A DNA stretch of 64,000 bases from positions 1 through 64,000 of the IMG/VR virus record IMGVR_UViG_3300007276_000038; one strand, written 5' to 3'. Positions 36,946-45,932 of this stretch are shown here, in pieces. Positions within the stretch are counted from its first letter, which is position 1. Every line of letters begins with the position of its first letter. A program made the position numbers and the translations under genes. Source of the stretch: a virus. The notes beneath the pieces were generated by a model. It saw only the letters and a program-made list of their open reading frames with translations. It was not told where the DNA came from and made no database searches.

Positions 36946-37920
36946 TTATGAACCAGTAATAGTACCTACAGAGTCTGTGGGCACAGGGAATGAAAAACCT
37001 GATCCGCTAGCATCTGGTTGTGTTCTTCGTCCATTAATTGTTAATGTACCGTCTACTGGAGCGTCAATTACTCCGTCATCGGCGTCAGTTAGCTGTGTTC
37101 GAATTGTTACAACTGTTGGGTTAGTTATACTATCTATTAAAGCATCAACTTGAATAAAGTCACTAGTATATGGTGATGTTCCGCCAAAATACTGCACTAG
37201 TGTCTGATACGATGTTGTTAGTTCATAAAAACCTACGCCGCTAGGAGTACCTGCGCCGGACGTACATGTATCATGAAGCAAAAATACATCGCCTAATGCG
37301 CTAAGTCTGTTTGTCCAGTCTGTGTTCTGATCGCTTGCAGTGCCGCCAGTTCTGCTTGCACTTACTCCTACTGCGCCGCCACCGTTAAAAAATGCTCTAC
37401 AGTCATTTTCATTAGCAAACGTCCAGGTTGTTGTTTGTGTTAACGTATTAGTCCAACTAGTCACGAACGTTGCACTAGCATCTGTACTAATAGTTGTTGA
37501 AGCTGGACTAAAGCGTACACTCCAACAGTCCTCAACGTTTAGCATCAGATTGTTCCAGGTATCAGCTAGAATAACATCACCAGTAGTGACATCAGTTCCC
37601 ACATTTGTTCTGAGTGTAACTCCTAAGAAAGCACACAATGCTTGTACATCATCTTGAAGATCTTTAAATGCACCGTTTGCTCCTGTAGCTAGTACTAAGT
37701 TACTTAACACTGCTGCACCAACGCCTACACCACCTTGTCCGTATCCATATGTAAACGTAGGGTCATACGTCCCAAGGGCTTGATCGTTAGCGGTGCTAAG
37801 CATTAAATCGACATTAGTTCTTGCGTTGTTAAAATCTGGTGTCTCGACGACATCAGTCCCAGCAACAACTTGCGTCATTGTTGTTAGTCCGTCACCTGTA
37901 ATTGTGCTACCTGATGCCAC
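36946..37920 (-). CDS. Putative virion structural (tail-associated) protein
   Basis: Thr/Gly-rich 324 aa, RAFFNGGG motif, GTG start with GGAG RBS, located next to the fibre genes. Confidence 0.6.
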   Translation of the reverse strand: MASGSTITGDGLTTMTQVVAGTDVVETPDFNNARTNVDLMLSTANDQALGTYDPTFTYGYGQGGVGVGAAVLSNLVLATGANGAFKDLQDDVQALCAFLGVTLRTNVGTDVTTGDVILADTWNNLMLNVEDCWSVRFSPASTTISTDASATFVTSWTNTLTQTTTWTFANENDCRAFFNGGGAVGVSASRTGGTASDQNTDWTNRLSALGDVFLLHDTCTSGAGTPSGVGFYELTTSYQTLVQYFGGTSPYTSDFIQVDALIDSITNPTVVTIRTQLTDADDGVIDAPVDGTLTINGRRTQPDASGSGFSFPVPTDSVGTITGS

Positions 37921-37931
37921 TTGTATCTCCG

Positions 37932-38420
37932 TTAATAATTGCGAGCTCCGCGTAATTGCGTCCAGCCAATTTGATTTGCTGTTGGTACACTTGTATTTAC
38001 TGGCGTATTTGTTGTAACTGTACTAAATGTAATCAAACGTCTTCCCACCGGATACCAAATATCTGATCCTATTGGAACACCAGCATTAACTGTTGTATAG
38101 CTATAGCTTCCGCTGTCCACAGTAAAAGGAATAATAACTAATCCAGTCGACCATGTTACTGAAAATAACGGAGCACCAGCCCAATACATTAAATTTGATC
38201 CGGTAGTCCCTGACACCGGTGTATAGCGCCAGCCATAAACATTAACAAAGTTAAAAGGACCTTCTGTTGGCCCGTAAGATTTAACCGTTGAAGTTGATGA
38301 TATATTAGCGTCAACAAAGGGACCACCTCGGTACATGTCAGACATTTCGTACGGAGCAGTGTCACCGAATTCAGTACCGAAATCGCTGAATCGCATCTCA
38401 CCTGTTGTTGGTAGGGGCAT
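37932..38420 (-). CDS. Putative tail-fibre tip / adhesin protein
   Basis: N-terminal MPLPTTGEMRFSD...EFG...MSDMYRGG attachment-type motif, directly after an S74 fibre. Confidence 0.55.
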   Translation of the reverse strand: MPLPTTGEMRFSDFGTEFGDTAPYEMSDMYRGGPFVDANISSTSTVKSYGPTEGPFNFVNVYGWRYTPVSGTTGSNLMYWAGAPLFSVTWSTGLVIIPFTVDSGSYSYTTVNAGVPIGSDIWYPVGRRLITFSTVTTNTPVNTSVPTANQIGWTQLRGARNY

Positions 38421-40836
38421 TCTTTAATTCCTTGATTTCAGCTTTAAGCATCTCAATCTGATTGTTTAACTCTTTGACACCTTCTATTAAATAGCCTACT
38501 AAATTTCCATATGCTACAGCTTTCATCCCGTCAGGTCCAGTATGTACTAGTTCAGGAGCTACTTCTTCTATTTCTTGTGCAATAACACCTGAGCCAGGGG
38601 TTCCTTCATCAATCCTGTTATAGCTAACGCCGCGCATTTCTAGTACTTTGCTGCCATCTAGTGTCTCTACGTTCTTTTTAATACGCTTGTCAGAGAATGC
38701 AATAATGTCGTTAGTTGAATATATAATACCGTTAACATGTAGCTTATACGCTGGATTAGTAAAACCGATGCCAACATCACCACCAGTTTCAATAACCATC
38801 TGGTCTGTACTGTTTACCCTAAACGCCATTGCGTTGTTAGTTCCAATTCGTATATCTGTTGTGCCAGAACCGCCACTTAATCTTAAAAAGTCACTAAAAC
38901 TCTTGCCTGATAAGGTTTGTCCATCACTAGTGCCAACTATAGCGCCAGAAGGTAGTGTTTTTGCGCTGTTCTTAATAATTTTGCCAGTTGTTCCGTTGAA
39001 TAGCACTACTGCATTATTAGTTGCACTTACCGGGCCAGTTACATCACCGCCGCCTATTGTTGTAGGTCTCCAAGCACCTGTACTAAATGCTAGCACTTGC
39101 CCTGAAGTAGGAACGGTTGCAGCAACATCAGTTAAGTCGCCTAGCACATTGGGTATAGCACCTTGGCTAGTAAATGTATATGTACCAGCACCGTTAGTTG
39201 ATAATACTTGTCCGTTAGTACCTTCACTTATGCCTAAGTCAAGCAGCGTAGTAGGAATACTACTACCTACATCTGTTAAGTCACTAACGTCCGAAGGAAT
39301 AATACTACCCACATCTGTTAAGTCAGCAACGTCTGATGGCAAATCTGCAGGACGGAACGTAAAGATACCATTTGTGTTGTTATATGATAAGCTGCCTGCT
39401 CCACTTGCTGCTAAAGTAGTAACACTTAAATCAGTAAGTGCTATAGAGCCTGCAATTGACACGGTTGCAGCATTAGTAATGCGTCCTTGTTGGTCAATAG
39501 TGATGCTTGGAATTAATGTGCCTGAACCGTAAGTACCAGGTGTTACGGCTGTATTTGCCAGGCTTAGTGTCCCTGACCCTGAATCATAGTCAATACCTAG
39601 ACCGCCAGCTAAGTCTACTCCTGACAGGTAACCAGCATCATTGATAAGTTCTGATACATTAGAGCTTGTAGTTAATATTTCACTTATATCAACAATATTC
39701 AAAACAGAATTTAATTGAGATTCTGTAACGTATCCATAAGTATCCAGAAATGTATTGGCGCCATCTGGTGTTAAGTAACTTACATCATTAACTAACAAAG
39801 AAACGTTCTGTCCTATTAATACAGAGTTAGCCCAATCATCTGAGTTGCTACCGCTAGCGTAGATTGTTCCTAATATATTCGCATCTGACTCGCCTACTAT
39901 TGTGCCTGACACTGTTAAGTCTTGAACCAGTGTTACTGAATTTAGAACATTTAGGTCTTGAACATTAATAGTACTAACTGGGTCAATTGATGTGCCGATA
40001 ACATTAGCGTACAGTAAATTAAAAAATGCTACACTTGTATCTTCATACTCAGCACGAGTGTTTGAACCCTTTAGGATTTGGCCGCCTTCTCTGCCAGTCC
40101 TTGCTGCTGCGATACCAACAGGAGTAGCTCCATTTTCTGCTGTAGCAATAAGCTCAGGTGCAAAATCAACAATAACACCGTCTACCAATGTGCTTGTTCC
40201 ACCATTGCTAGTATCTCTTATATAAAATTCTGAATCGGAATATAAGGCCATAATGGTCTCATATTGTTCGCCTATTTTAGTAGCGCCTCTATTAGCCGGA
40301 TTATTTCCTGAATTAACATAAGAAAATGCTAGCACAGGAATGTCTCTGTTATCTTCGCTCTTTAGGAATAAAGTCCTTATTCTGGCGCCATAAAATGTTG
40401 GATTCTGTACTGCGCTTGAACTGCTGTATCTGCTAGTTACTTCACCTGCATACGCTACTTCTTTGTAACGTGTACCATCGTGTACTTCTAACTTGTTAGT
40501 TGTTGTATTAAAAAATGTTGTACCAGATAAGTTTTCTGTAGGTCTAGACTGCTCTGGTCCTACGCTAACACCTGTACTTGCGCGGAAAATGTTTCCGTCC
40601 CATACACGAACAATAGCTGATACTTTGTCGTACCACATTTGTCCAATGATTGGATTTTCGGGTGATGTTGCACTAGCAAAATTTTCAAGTAAGTGTAAAG
40701 TGTTTTCAGCAAAAACTTCAGCGTAATTAGTTACACCTTTACCTACCATTCCTAATGAGAATGTACTTTCATCAACAGTACCGTCTTGTAACGTATACGT
40801 AATAGTTCCGTCGCTGCTTCCTATAATATATGGCAT
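38398..40836 (-). CDS. Tail fibre with C-terminal intramolecular chaperone (peptidase S74)
   Basis: N-terminal LLENFA...P..GQMWYD anchor, ITIDQQGRIT repeat, AFSDKRIK cleavage motif, GVIAQE, terminal coiled coil. Confidence 0.88.
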   Translation of the reverse strand: MPYIIGSSDGTITYTLQDGTVDESTFSLGMVGKGVTNYAEVFAENTLHLLENFASATSPENPIIGQMWYDKVSAIVRVWDGNIFRASTGVSVGPEQSRPTENLSGTTFFNTTTNKLEVHDGTRYKEVAYAGEVTSRYSSSSAVQNPTFYGARIRTLFLKSEDNRDIPVLAFSYVNSGNNPANRGATKIGEQYETIMALYSDSEFYIRDTSNGGTSTLVDGVIVDFAPELIATAENGATPVGIAAARTGREGGQILKGSNTRAEYEDTSVAFFNLLYANVIGTSIDPVSTINVQDLNVLNSVTLVQDLTVSGTIVGESDANILGTIYASGSNSDDWANSVLIGQNVSLLVNDVSYLTPDGANTFLDTYGYVTESQLNSVLNIVDISEILTTSSNVSELINDAGYLSGVDLAGGLGIDYDSGSGTLSLANTAVTPGTYGSGTLIPSITIDQQGRITNAATVSIAGSIALTDLSVTTLAASGAGSLSYNNTNGIFTFRPADLPSDVADLTDVGSIIPSDVSDLTDVGSSIPTTLLDLGISEGTNGQVLSTNGAGTYTFTSQGAIPNVLGDLTDVAATVPTSGQVLAFSTGAWRPTTIGGGDVTGPVSATNNAVVLFNGTTGKIIKNSAKTLPSGAIVGTSDGQTLSGKSFSDFLRLSGGSGTTDIRIGTNNAMAFRVNSTDQMVIETGGDVGIGFTNPAYKLHVNGIIYSTNDIIAFSDKRIKKNVETLDGSKVLEMRGVSYNRIDEGTPGSGVIAQEIEEVAPELVHTGPDGMKAVAYGNLVGYLIEGVKELNNQIEMLKAEIKELKNAPTNNR

Positions 40837-40866
40837 TGCTTTATTTTACCTCTAAGTACTTTCTCT

Positions 40867-40874
40867 TATTTATC
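40867..40874 (-). promoter_or_regulatory. T4-like late promoter GATAAATA
   Basis: About 31 nt upstream of the fibre ATG 40836. Confidence 0.6.
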
Positions 40875-40878
40875 TGTT

Positions 40879-43119
40879 TTATTTTAGTGTTCCGTCTGGA
40901 TTTCTTGCTGGTAAAAATAGTCGCATGGTTAAATTCAGACTATCATTAACTGCTGGATTTGCTATGTTAGTTATATTAACAACTACAGTTCCAGTAACTT
41001 CTACCCTAGACCCGTTTAGTGGTATGCGATCTGCATTCAATGGAACGTTTAGTGTTAAGTCCATAAACGGCGCTATACCAAAAAAGCCTGAAACCATAGT
41101 AGCTTGATATCTCGTTCCGCTAGTAACAACATTTACATTAGGTGTACCGAAGGTAACACGCCAAGAGTCTTGATCAGCTTCTGGTATCCCGCCAATAGCC
41201 CATTCGAATGTCTTGATATTCGGTGGTACGCCACGATTCTGCGCAGCACTTGTTCCTATGCCTGTTTTAAAGAACGTAGTTGCTATGCGGTTAGTGTTAG
41301 ATGTTGTATCCACATAACCGTTAATTAGTGTAGGTAAAACTGCCGTATCCTCAGGATACTTAGTTATTGTTATTTGCCTGCTACTAAACAGTACGCCCTG
41401 GCTGTCAAATATGTTAAGCGTTCCTGTTTTCTTAGTTTCTTTAATGCCGCTAGTTGGGTTCGCTGGGTTCTTTAATGTTGGTATCTGAACACGCCCAACG
41501 TAGTTGCCAGTTGTGACACTTCCGCTATATGAAAATCCAAAAGACCCACTCGAAGCACTCACATCGTTTATCGCCGGGTTAGCACCAACACTAAAGCCAG
41601 CCAACTGCCATGTCCAGGACGTAGTAGTAGCATTGACTACATCACTGCCAATTACATTATTTACAATTGGTGTTCCTTCATGAAATGATTGTCCACCTGT
41701 TACACTACCGCTAAATGCATCGTTTAATATCTGATAGGTTGTTCCTACTACCTGTGATCCGTTTTGCCAGTCGCTTCCGCTTCCTGAAACTGTTATCGAT
41801 TCAGTAGATGGCGCCCAGGTTCTGAGTTTTCGCAACAAGCCAGGTTGTTTATTTTGTGCTAACCCAAACGTCATCTGGTTAGACGTAACTGTAAAATCGT
41901 CGTCTTGTTGTAAGTCAGTTGGCTGTAAGATAGCTGGGCTAATCACTAACCCTACTAGTTGGCCTGTTGCATTTGTGCTATCAAATCTAACTGTTTTGCC
42001 TACAGCGTTAACACTACGTAATGTAAATGTTGGGCCTGCGCTGTTAGTAGATAGCCGATCAGTTACTGGTCCGTTACTTGCTATTGAAGTTAACGTGGCT
42101 AAATTTTGTTCTTGCACACTGTCTACGAGCAGTGTAGCCCAATTACTGTAAGCTGTGTCCGTTAATGTATCACCTGGATTAGACACAGTTGTTGTTGCTG
42201 TTACTCCTAATCTAAATTGATAACCGTCGTATGCTGTGTTCACTAGATTAGTAAATGTTATAGTTTGATCTGCAGATACTGTTACACCTGTTAATGTGCC
42301 ATTGGTTAGCACTTGTTGGCTAGCCGACGAACTTGTTCTATAATACCATGTGTAAACTGAGTTGTTTGTTCTCGGTGTACGCCAAGACGGTACTGTAGGA
42401 TAAGCAGTATACCAAGGTGACGACGAACCGAACGACATAGAGCCGTTGCCTGCGACAGTTACACCGCCTCCGCCATTAGCTTCTGTTTTAATTACTATAG
42501 AAGACCCTGTTAGTGATTTTGTAAAGACTACGTCTGGATTATCAAGCACTAGCTCAGTTACTGATAAAGTTGCAACTCTACTAGTTTCTGTTGCTGAGAC
42601 TATGGGAAAACTAGAACCGCCTTCTACTAGTGGTGCTAAAACAAAAGCTGTTACTTTAACTCGAACTCTCACACCATTGTTTACTAATATTGCGCTTATC
42701 GAATACGTTCTGCTATTTGTCCCATCGTCTATCCAGGTGGTGCCGCCATCAGTAGAATACTGCCACTGATATGATATACCTGTCCCGGTTGGGTTTGGTT
42801 CTGTACTAGGCCACTCGTTTAATTTGTAGTTAGCTGACACCGTAACTGCAAATAATGCAGTGCCTTGCCCTATAAATGCTGAAACATTTTGTACTTGACT
42901 ACTAAAGATGACGTCCGGTAAAGGATAGTTAGCTTGAGGGACTATTTTATTAATAAAATCGCTATAGCTAATTGATCCTGGTGATTGCGGGAGTATTTTT
43001 TCGGTATTGGTGTCTAGGCTGTAAACACGTACTCCTCTGTAACTTGATAAACTAAACCCTCTAGAGAAACCAGTATTAATCTCAGTCGCTGTGATAATAG
43101 GTAAATTTATATTACTCAT
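40879..43119 (-). CDS. Putative adhesin with Ig-like domains
   Basis: SYQWQYSTDGG...VRVRVKV and YTWYY...YDGYQFR Ig-like signatures; Ser/Thr-rich; ATGA overlap with the upstream fibre. Confidence 0.65.
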   Translation of the reverse strand: MSNINLPIITATEINTGFSRGFSLSSYRGVRVYSLDTNTEKILPQSPGSISYSDFINKIVPQANYPLPDVIFSSQVQNVSAFIGQGTALFAVTVSANYKLNEWPSTEPNPTGTGISYQWQYSTDGGTTWIDDGTNSRTYSISAILVNNGVRVRVKVTAFVLAPLVEGGSSFPIVSATETSRVATLSVTELVLDNPDVVFTKSLTGSSIVIKTEANGGGGVTVAGNGSMSFGSSSPWYTAYPTVPSWRTPRTNNSVYTWYYRTSSSASQQVLTNGTLTGVTVSADQTITFTNLVNTAYDGYQFRLGVTATTTVSNPGDTLTDTAYSNWATLLVDSVQEQNLATLTSIASNGPVTDRLSTNSAGPTFTLRSVNAVGKTVRFDSTNATGQLVGLVISPAILQPTDLQQDDDFTVTSNQMTFGLAQNKQPGLLRKLRTWAPSTESITVSGSGSDWQNGSQVVGTTYQILNDAFSGSVTGGQSFHEGTPIVNNVIGSDVVNATTTSWTWQLAGFSVGANPAINDVSASSGSFGFSYSGSVTTGNYVGRVQIPTLKNPANPTSGIKETKKTGTLNIFDSQGVLFSSRQITITKYPEDTAVLPTLINGYVDTTSNTNRIATTFFKTGIGTSAAQNRGVPPNIKTFEWAIGGIPEADQDSWRVTFGTPNVNVVTSGTRYQATMVSGFFGIAPFMDLTLNVPLNADRIPLNGSRVEVTGTVVVNITNIANPAVNDSLNLTMRLFLPARNPDGTLK

Positions 43120-45245
43120 TTTCTACCTAGTTCTGTTCTAAGATCTTCCACTTCCTGTCTTAATTCTTTAATTGCTTCTACCATTAACCCCATCATGTTT
43201 CCGTACGCTACTGCCTTTATGCCCTCGTCATTTTCTACTACTGCTTCAGGTAATACGGCTTCAACGTCTTGTGCAATAAGTCCAGTTTGATGATTACCGG
43301 TATCAATTCTCTTGTATGTGTATCCGGTTAAACTGTCTACCTTATCTAATGCGCCTGCTATTGGCTCTAAATTAGATTTTAATCTGCGGTCTGAGAATGC
43401 TGTAATATCGTTATCAGCAATTATGCCACCTGTTGTGGTAAACTGCACTGTGCCGCTTGGGCCAATGAACGACAATGTGCCTAAATAGGCAAAGTCAGCA
43501 TTGTTCATGGTGATACCGCCAGTTGCTACCATTGGTGCAGTTAACGTCTTTTGTCCTGTTATAGTCTGTGCAGTATTTGTTGTCACAAAGTTAGCAGGGC
43601 TTAATCCGTCAAACGGTGATGTATAAGTGTTTATAATTTCACCAGTACTAGCATTGTAAGCCATATTTGTACCAGCACTGAATAAGCCTCGAATGTAGGT
43701 CTCGTCTGTTCCGAATACGCCAGTGCCTGGAGTGTAGGTAACTCCTTCGCTACCAGCCAATGCCGTTCTTGCTAAAGTATCTGAATAATATCTGTTTATT
43801 GCCCCTTCCGGTAAATCGTCAGTGTCGAATGCGCCTAGGTCGACAGCAATATCATTAGCGTTAGCTATAATACCTGTGCCAGCGCCAACTGCCAAAGTAA
43901 CTATGTTTTGATCAATTTCATTACCTGGTCCTGTACCTACAGTAGGTGTTAATGTTGCTGTCAGGCCAAGACCGCCTAATACACTGCTAATACTGCTTGC
44001 TGGATCTTCCCAAAACACTTGATTACTTGCATCAATGAACATCTGTTGCCCAGTTGTGCCGCTAGTAGTTGGCATAGTATAACCATCTATGGTTAGTACG
44101 TTTGCTGTAAAATTCTCTGCAAATATATTTTCAATTGGTGCAACATTGCTACCTATGCCAGTGGAAGCACCCACTGATATGTTGCCGCCTATCACAATAT
44201 CATTAACAAATATCTGGCTTACGCTAGAGTTTGCTGTTCCTATATTAACAACACTATTCCCGTTAACTAAGATGCTGCCGCTTGTGTCATTGCCTATATA
44301 TAAATCAGTTATATAACCTTCGTTAAACACAGCGTTTGCTTGCCCTATGTCATAAACATCTGTTGTATTGGGTACGAGTGAACTGTTAGCGTTAAAGATA
44401 TCGGTAGCAGTTATAGTGTTGCTAACATTAGCTGCGAGGTCAACATTACCTGTGTTAATACCGAACGATACTGCTGCTTGTCCTGACCTATCAGCATAAA
44501 AAACACTTGACTCATTATCAGTACGTAAATTTAATCCTGGCTTGATTACAGCACCTATGCCACCATTTTCGATTAGTTCTGCGTAGTAAGAAACTACCTG
44601 ATCATTTGTTTCACTTGAATCATTTGCGGCTACAGTAAATTCATTGTGGCCGCTGAGGATAGCTAATATTTTTTCACCCTGATAGTAATAACCAGGAGTT
44701 TGTGCGCCGTCATTGTTATAAGTTAATGCTAATACTGCTCGGGGAGTGCCCCCGTTTAGATCTTGCAAAAAGATTGTGCGGAATGTTGATCCGTATGTGC
44801 TCGGAAACCCTAATGTAGGATTACCTGCATAGCTACTAGAAATATCTCTTAGACTGTAAGTTGTGCGCCATTCGTTGTTAACGTTAATAAACAATTGATC
44901 ACTGTCAGTGTTATAGTACATGATGCCTGATTTTTGTGATTGACCGTAATCATTTGGTGGTACAGCGTTAGATACTAAAGTTAACGTAGGAACCCAAGCG
45001 TTAATGGTACCGTCAAATACACGAAAGTTACCGTTTCTCGAATCCCACCAGGTCTGTCCGTCAGTAGGTCGAATAGGAGGATTAACGCTTGAGAAATTTT
45101 CTAAAAGGCTTAATGTATTTTGTGCAATTTCCCTACCGTAGTCTTCATAGTTACGCCCGATCAGATTAATCGAAAACTCTTTGTTAAGAGCATCGTCCTG
45201 GATGATTATAGGGTTGCCGCTGTTTTGTTCAATAATATATGGCAC
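43116..45245 (-). CDS. Tail fibre with C-terminal intramolecular chaperone (peptidase S74)
   Basis: LLENFS...P..GQTWWD anchor, AFSDRRLK, GLIAQD, terminal coiled coil; paralog of 38398..40836. Confidence 0.88.
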   Translation of the reverse strand: MPYIIEQNSGNPIIIQDDALNKEFSINLIGRNYEDYGREIAQNTLSLLENFSSVNPPIRPTDGQTWWDSRNGNFRVFDGTINAWVPTLTLVSNAVPPNDYGQSQKSGIMYYNTDSDQLFINVNNEWRTTYSLRDISSSYAGNPTLGFPSTYGSTFRTIFLQDLNGGTPRAVLALTYNNDGAQTPGYYYQGEKILAILSGHNEFTVAANDSSETNDQVVSYYAELIENGGIGAVIKPGLNLRTDNESSVFYADRSGQAAVSFGINTGNVDLAANVSNTITATDIFNANSSLVPNTTDVYDIGQANAVFNEGYITDLYIGNDTSGSILVNGNSVVNIGTANSSVSQIFVNDIVIGGNISVGASTGIGSNVAPIENIFAENFTANVLTIDGYTMPTTSGTTGQQMFIDASNQVFWEDPASSISSVLGGLGLTATLTPTVGTGPGNEIDQNIVTLAVGAGTGIIANANDIAVDLGAFDTDDLPEGAINRYYSDTLARTALAGSEGVTYTPGTGVFGTDETYIRGLFSAGTNMAYNASTGEIINTYTSPFDGLSPANFVTTNTAQTITGQKTLTAPMVATGGITMNNADFAYLGTLSFIGPSGTVQFTTTGGIIADNDITAFSDRRLKSNLEPIAGALDKVDSLTGYTYKRIDTGNHQTGLIAQDVEAVLPEAVVENDEGIKAVAYGNMMGLMVEAIKELRQEVEDLRTELGRK

Positions 45246-45259
45246 TGGTTTTTATCCTC

Positions 45260-45880
45260 TTAGCTTAATTGCACTCTAACGGTGTAAATTACTTCTATAA
45301 TTCTGTTTAAACTCTTTTGTACTGGGTGAAAAATCACATGTGTTAACATGGTACTAGATTCTATTGGATTATCTAATGTATTATCGAGCGGCTTCGTAAA
45401 TAACCCAAGCTCATCAAATATGTATGGGCCCTCATTATTAATGCTGCTGTCAAAATTTGATGCGCCTTCTTCTTGACTTGGTTCGCCATAGTTTAATGTG
45501 CAGGTTACTTTAATATCACTGTAGCTAGGTCCAACTAAAATTTCTACCCTACTAGTGTCATCGCTATTGTCTGCGTCAACACGCTTTTGATAAGTCCTGC
45601 TATATAAATTAGCACCCGACTCAAAGGACTCAGTGACTCTAGGAGACTTATAAACAATACGGCCTGATGTATCTACACTAGTAGCACCGTTGCCGAATGC
45701 CATGTAGTATACAAAAGCATCTGCTCTATTGTTCAGCGCCTGAGCAACCATATAAGCCATATTTCCGTAATGTATAGCATTTCGCTTATTGGCTAAAACT
45801 TCTCCAGTTTCTTTGTCGCGGATCAGGATGTGTCCGCTCATATTCAATCCTAGATTGTCGTCTGGTTTGTCATTGCTCAT
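45260..45880 (-). CDS. Putative baseplate / tail structural protein
   Basis: MAFGNG, FDELGL and HPVQKSLNR motifs. Start re-assigned to ATG 45880 (AGGA RBS; GATAAATA at 45919-45926). Confidence 0.6.
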   Translation of the reverse strand: MSNDKPDDNLGLNMSGHILIRDKETGEVLANKRNAIHYGNMAYMVAQALNNRADAFVYYMAFGNGATSVDTSGRIVYKSPRVTESFESGANLYSRTYQKRVDADNSDDTSRVEILVGPSYSDIKVTCTLNYGEPSQEEGASNFDSSINNEGPYIFDELGLFTKPLDNTLDNPIESSTMLTHVIFHPVQKSLNRIIEVIYTVRVQLS

Positions 45881-45932
45881 GGTTTTTTTGTCCTGAGGGT
45901 TATTAGTATTCATATCTTTATTTATCGCCTTT

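Noticed and set aside
39262-39325. 42-bp-period repeat in the tail fibre (DLTDVGS units)
   Set aside because: Ordinary fibre shaft repeat; not considered a separate element.
38648-39532. 294-aa + strand ORF and the many other antisense ORFs over 8.5-62.5 kb
   Set aside because: They are shadows of well-supported - strand genes with biased codon use, and have no RBS or recognisable motifs.
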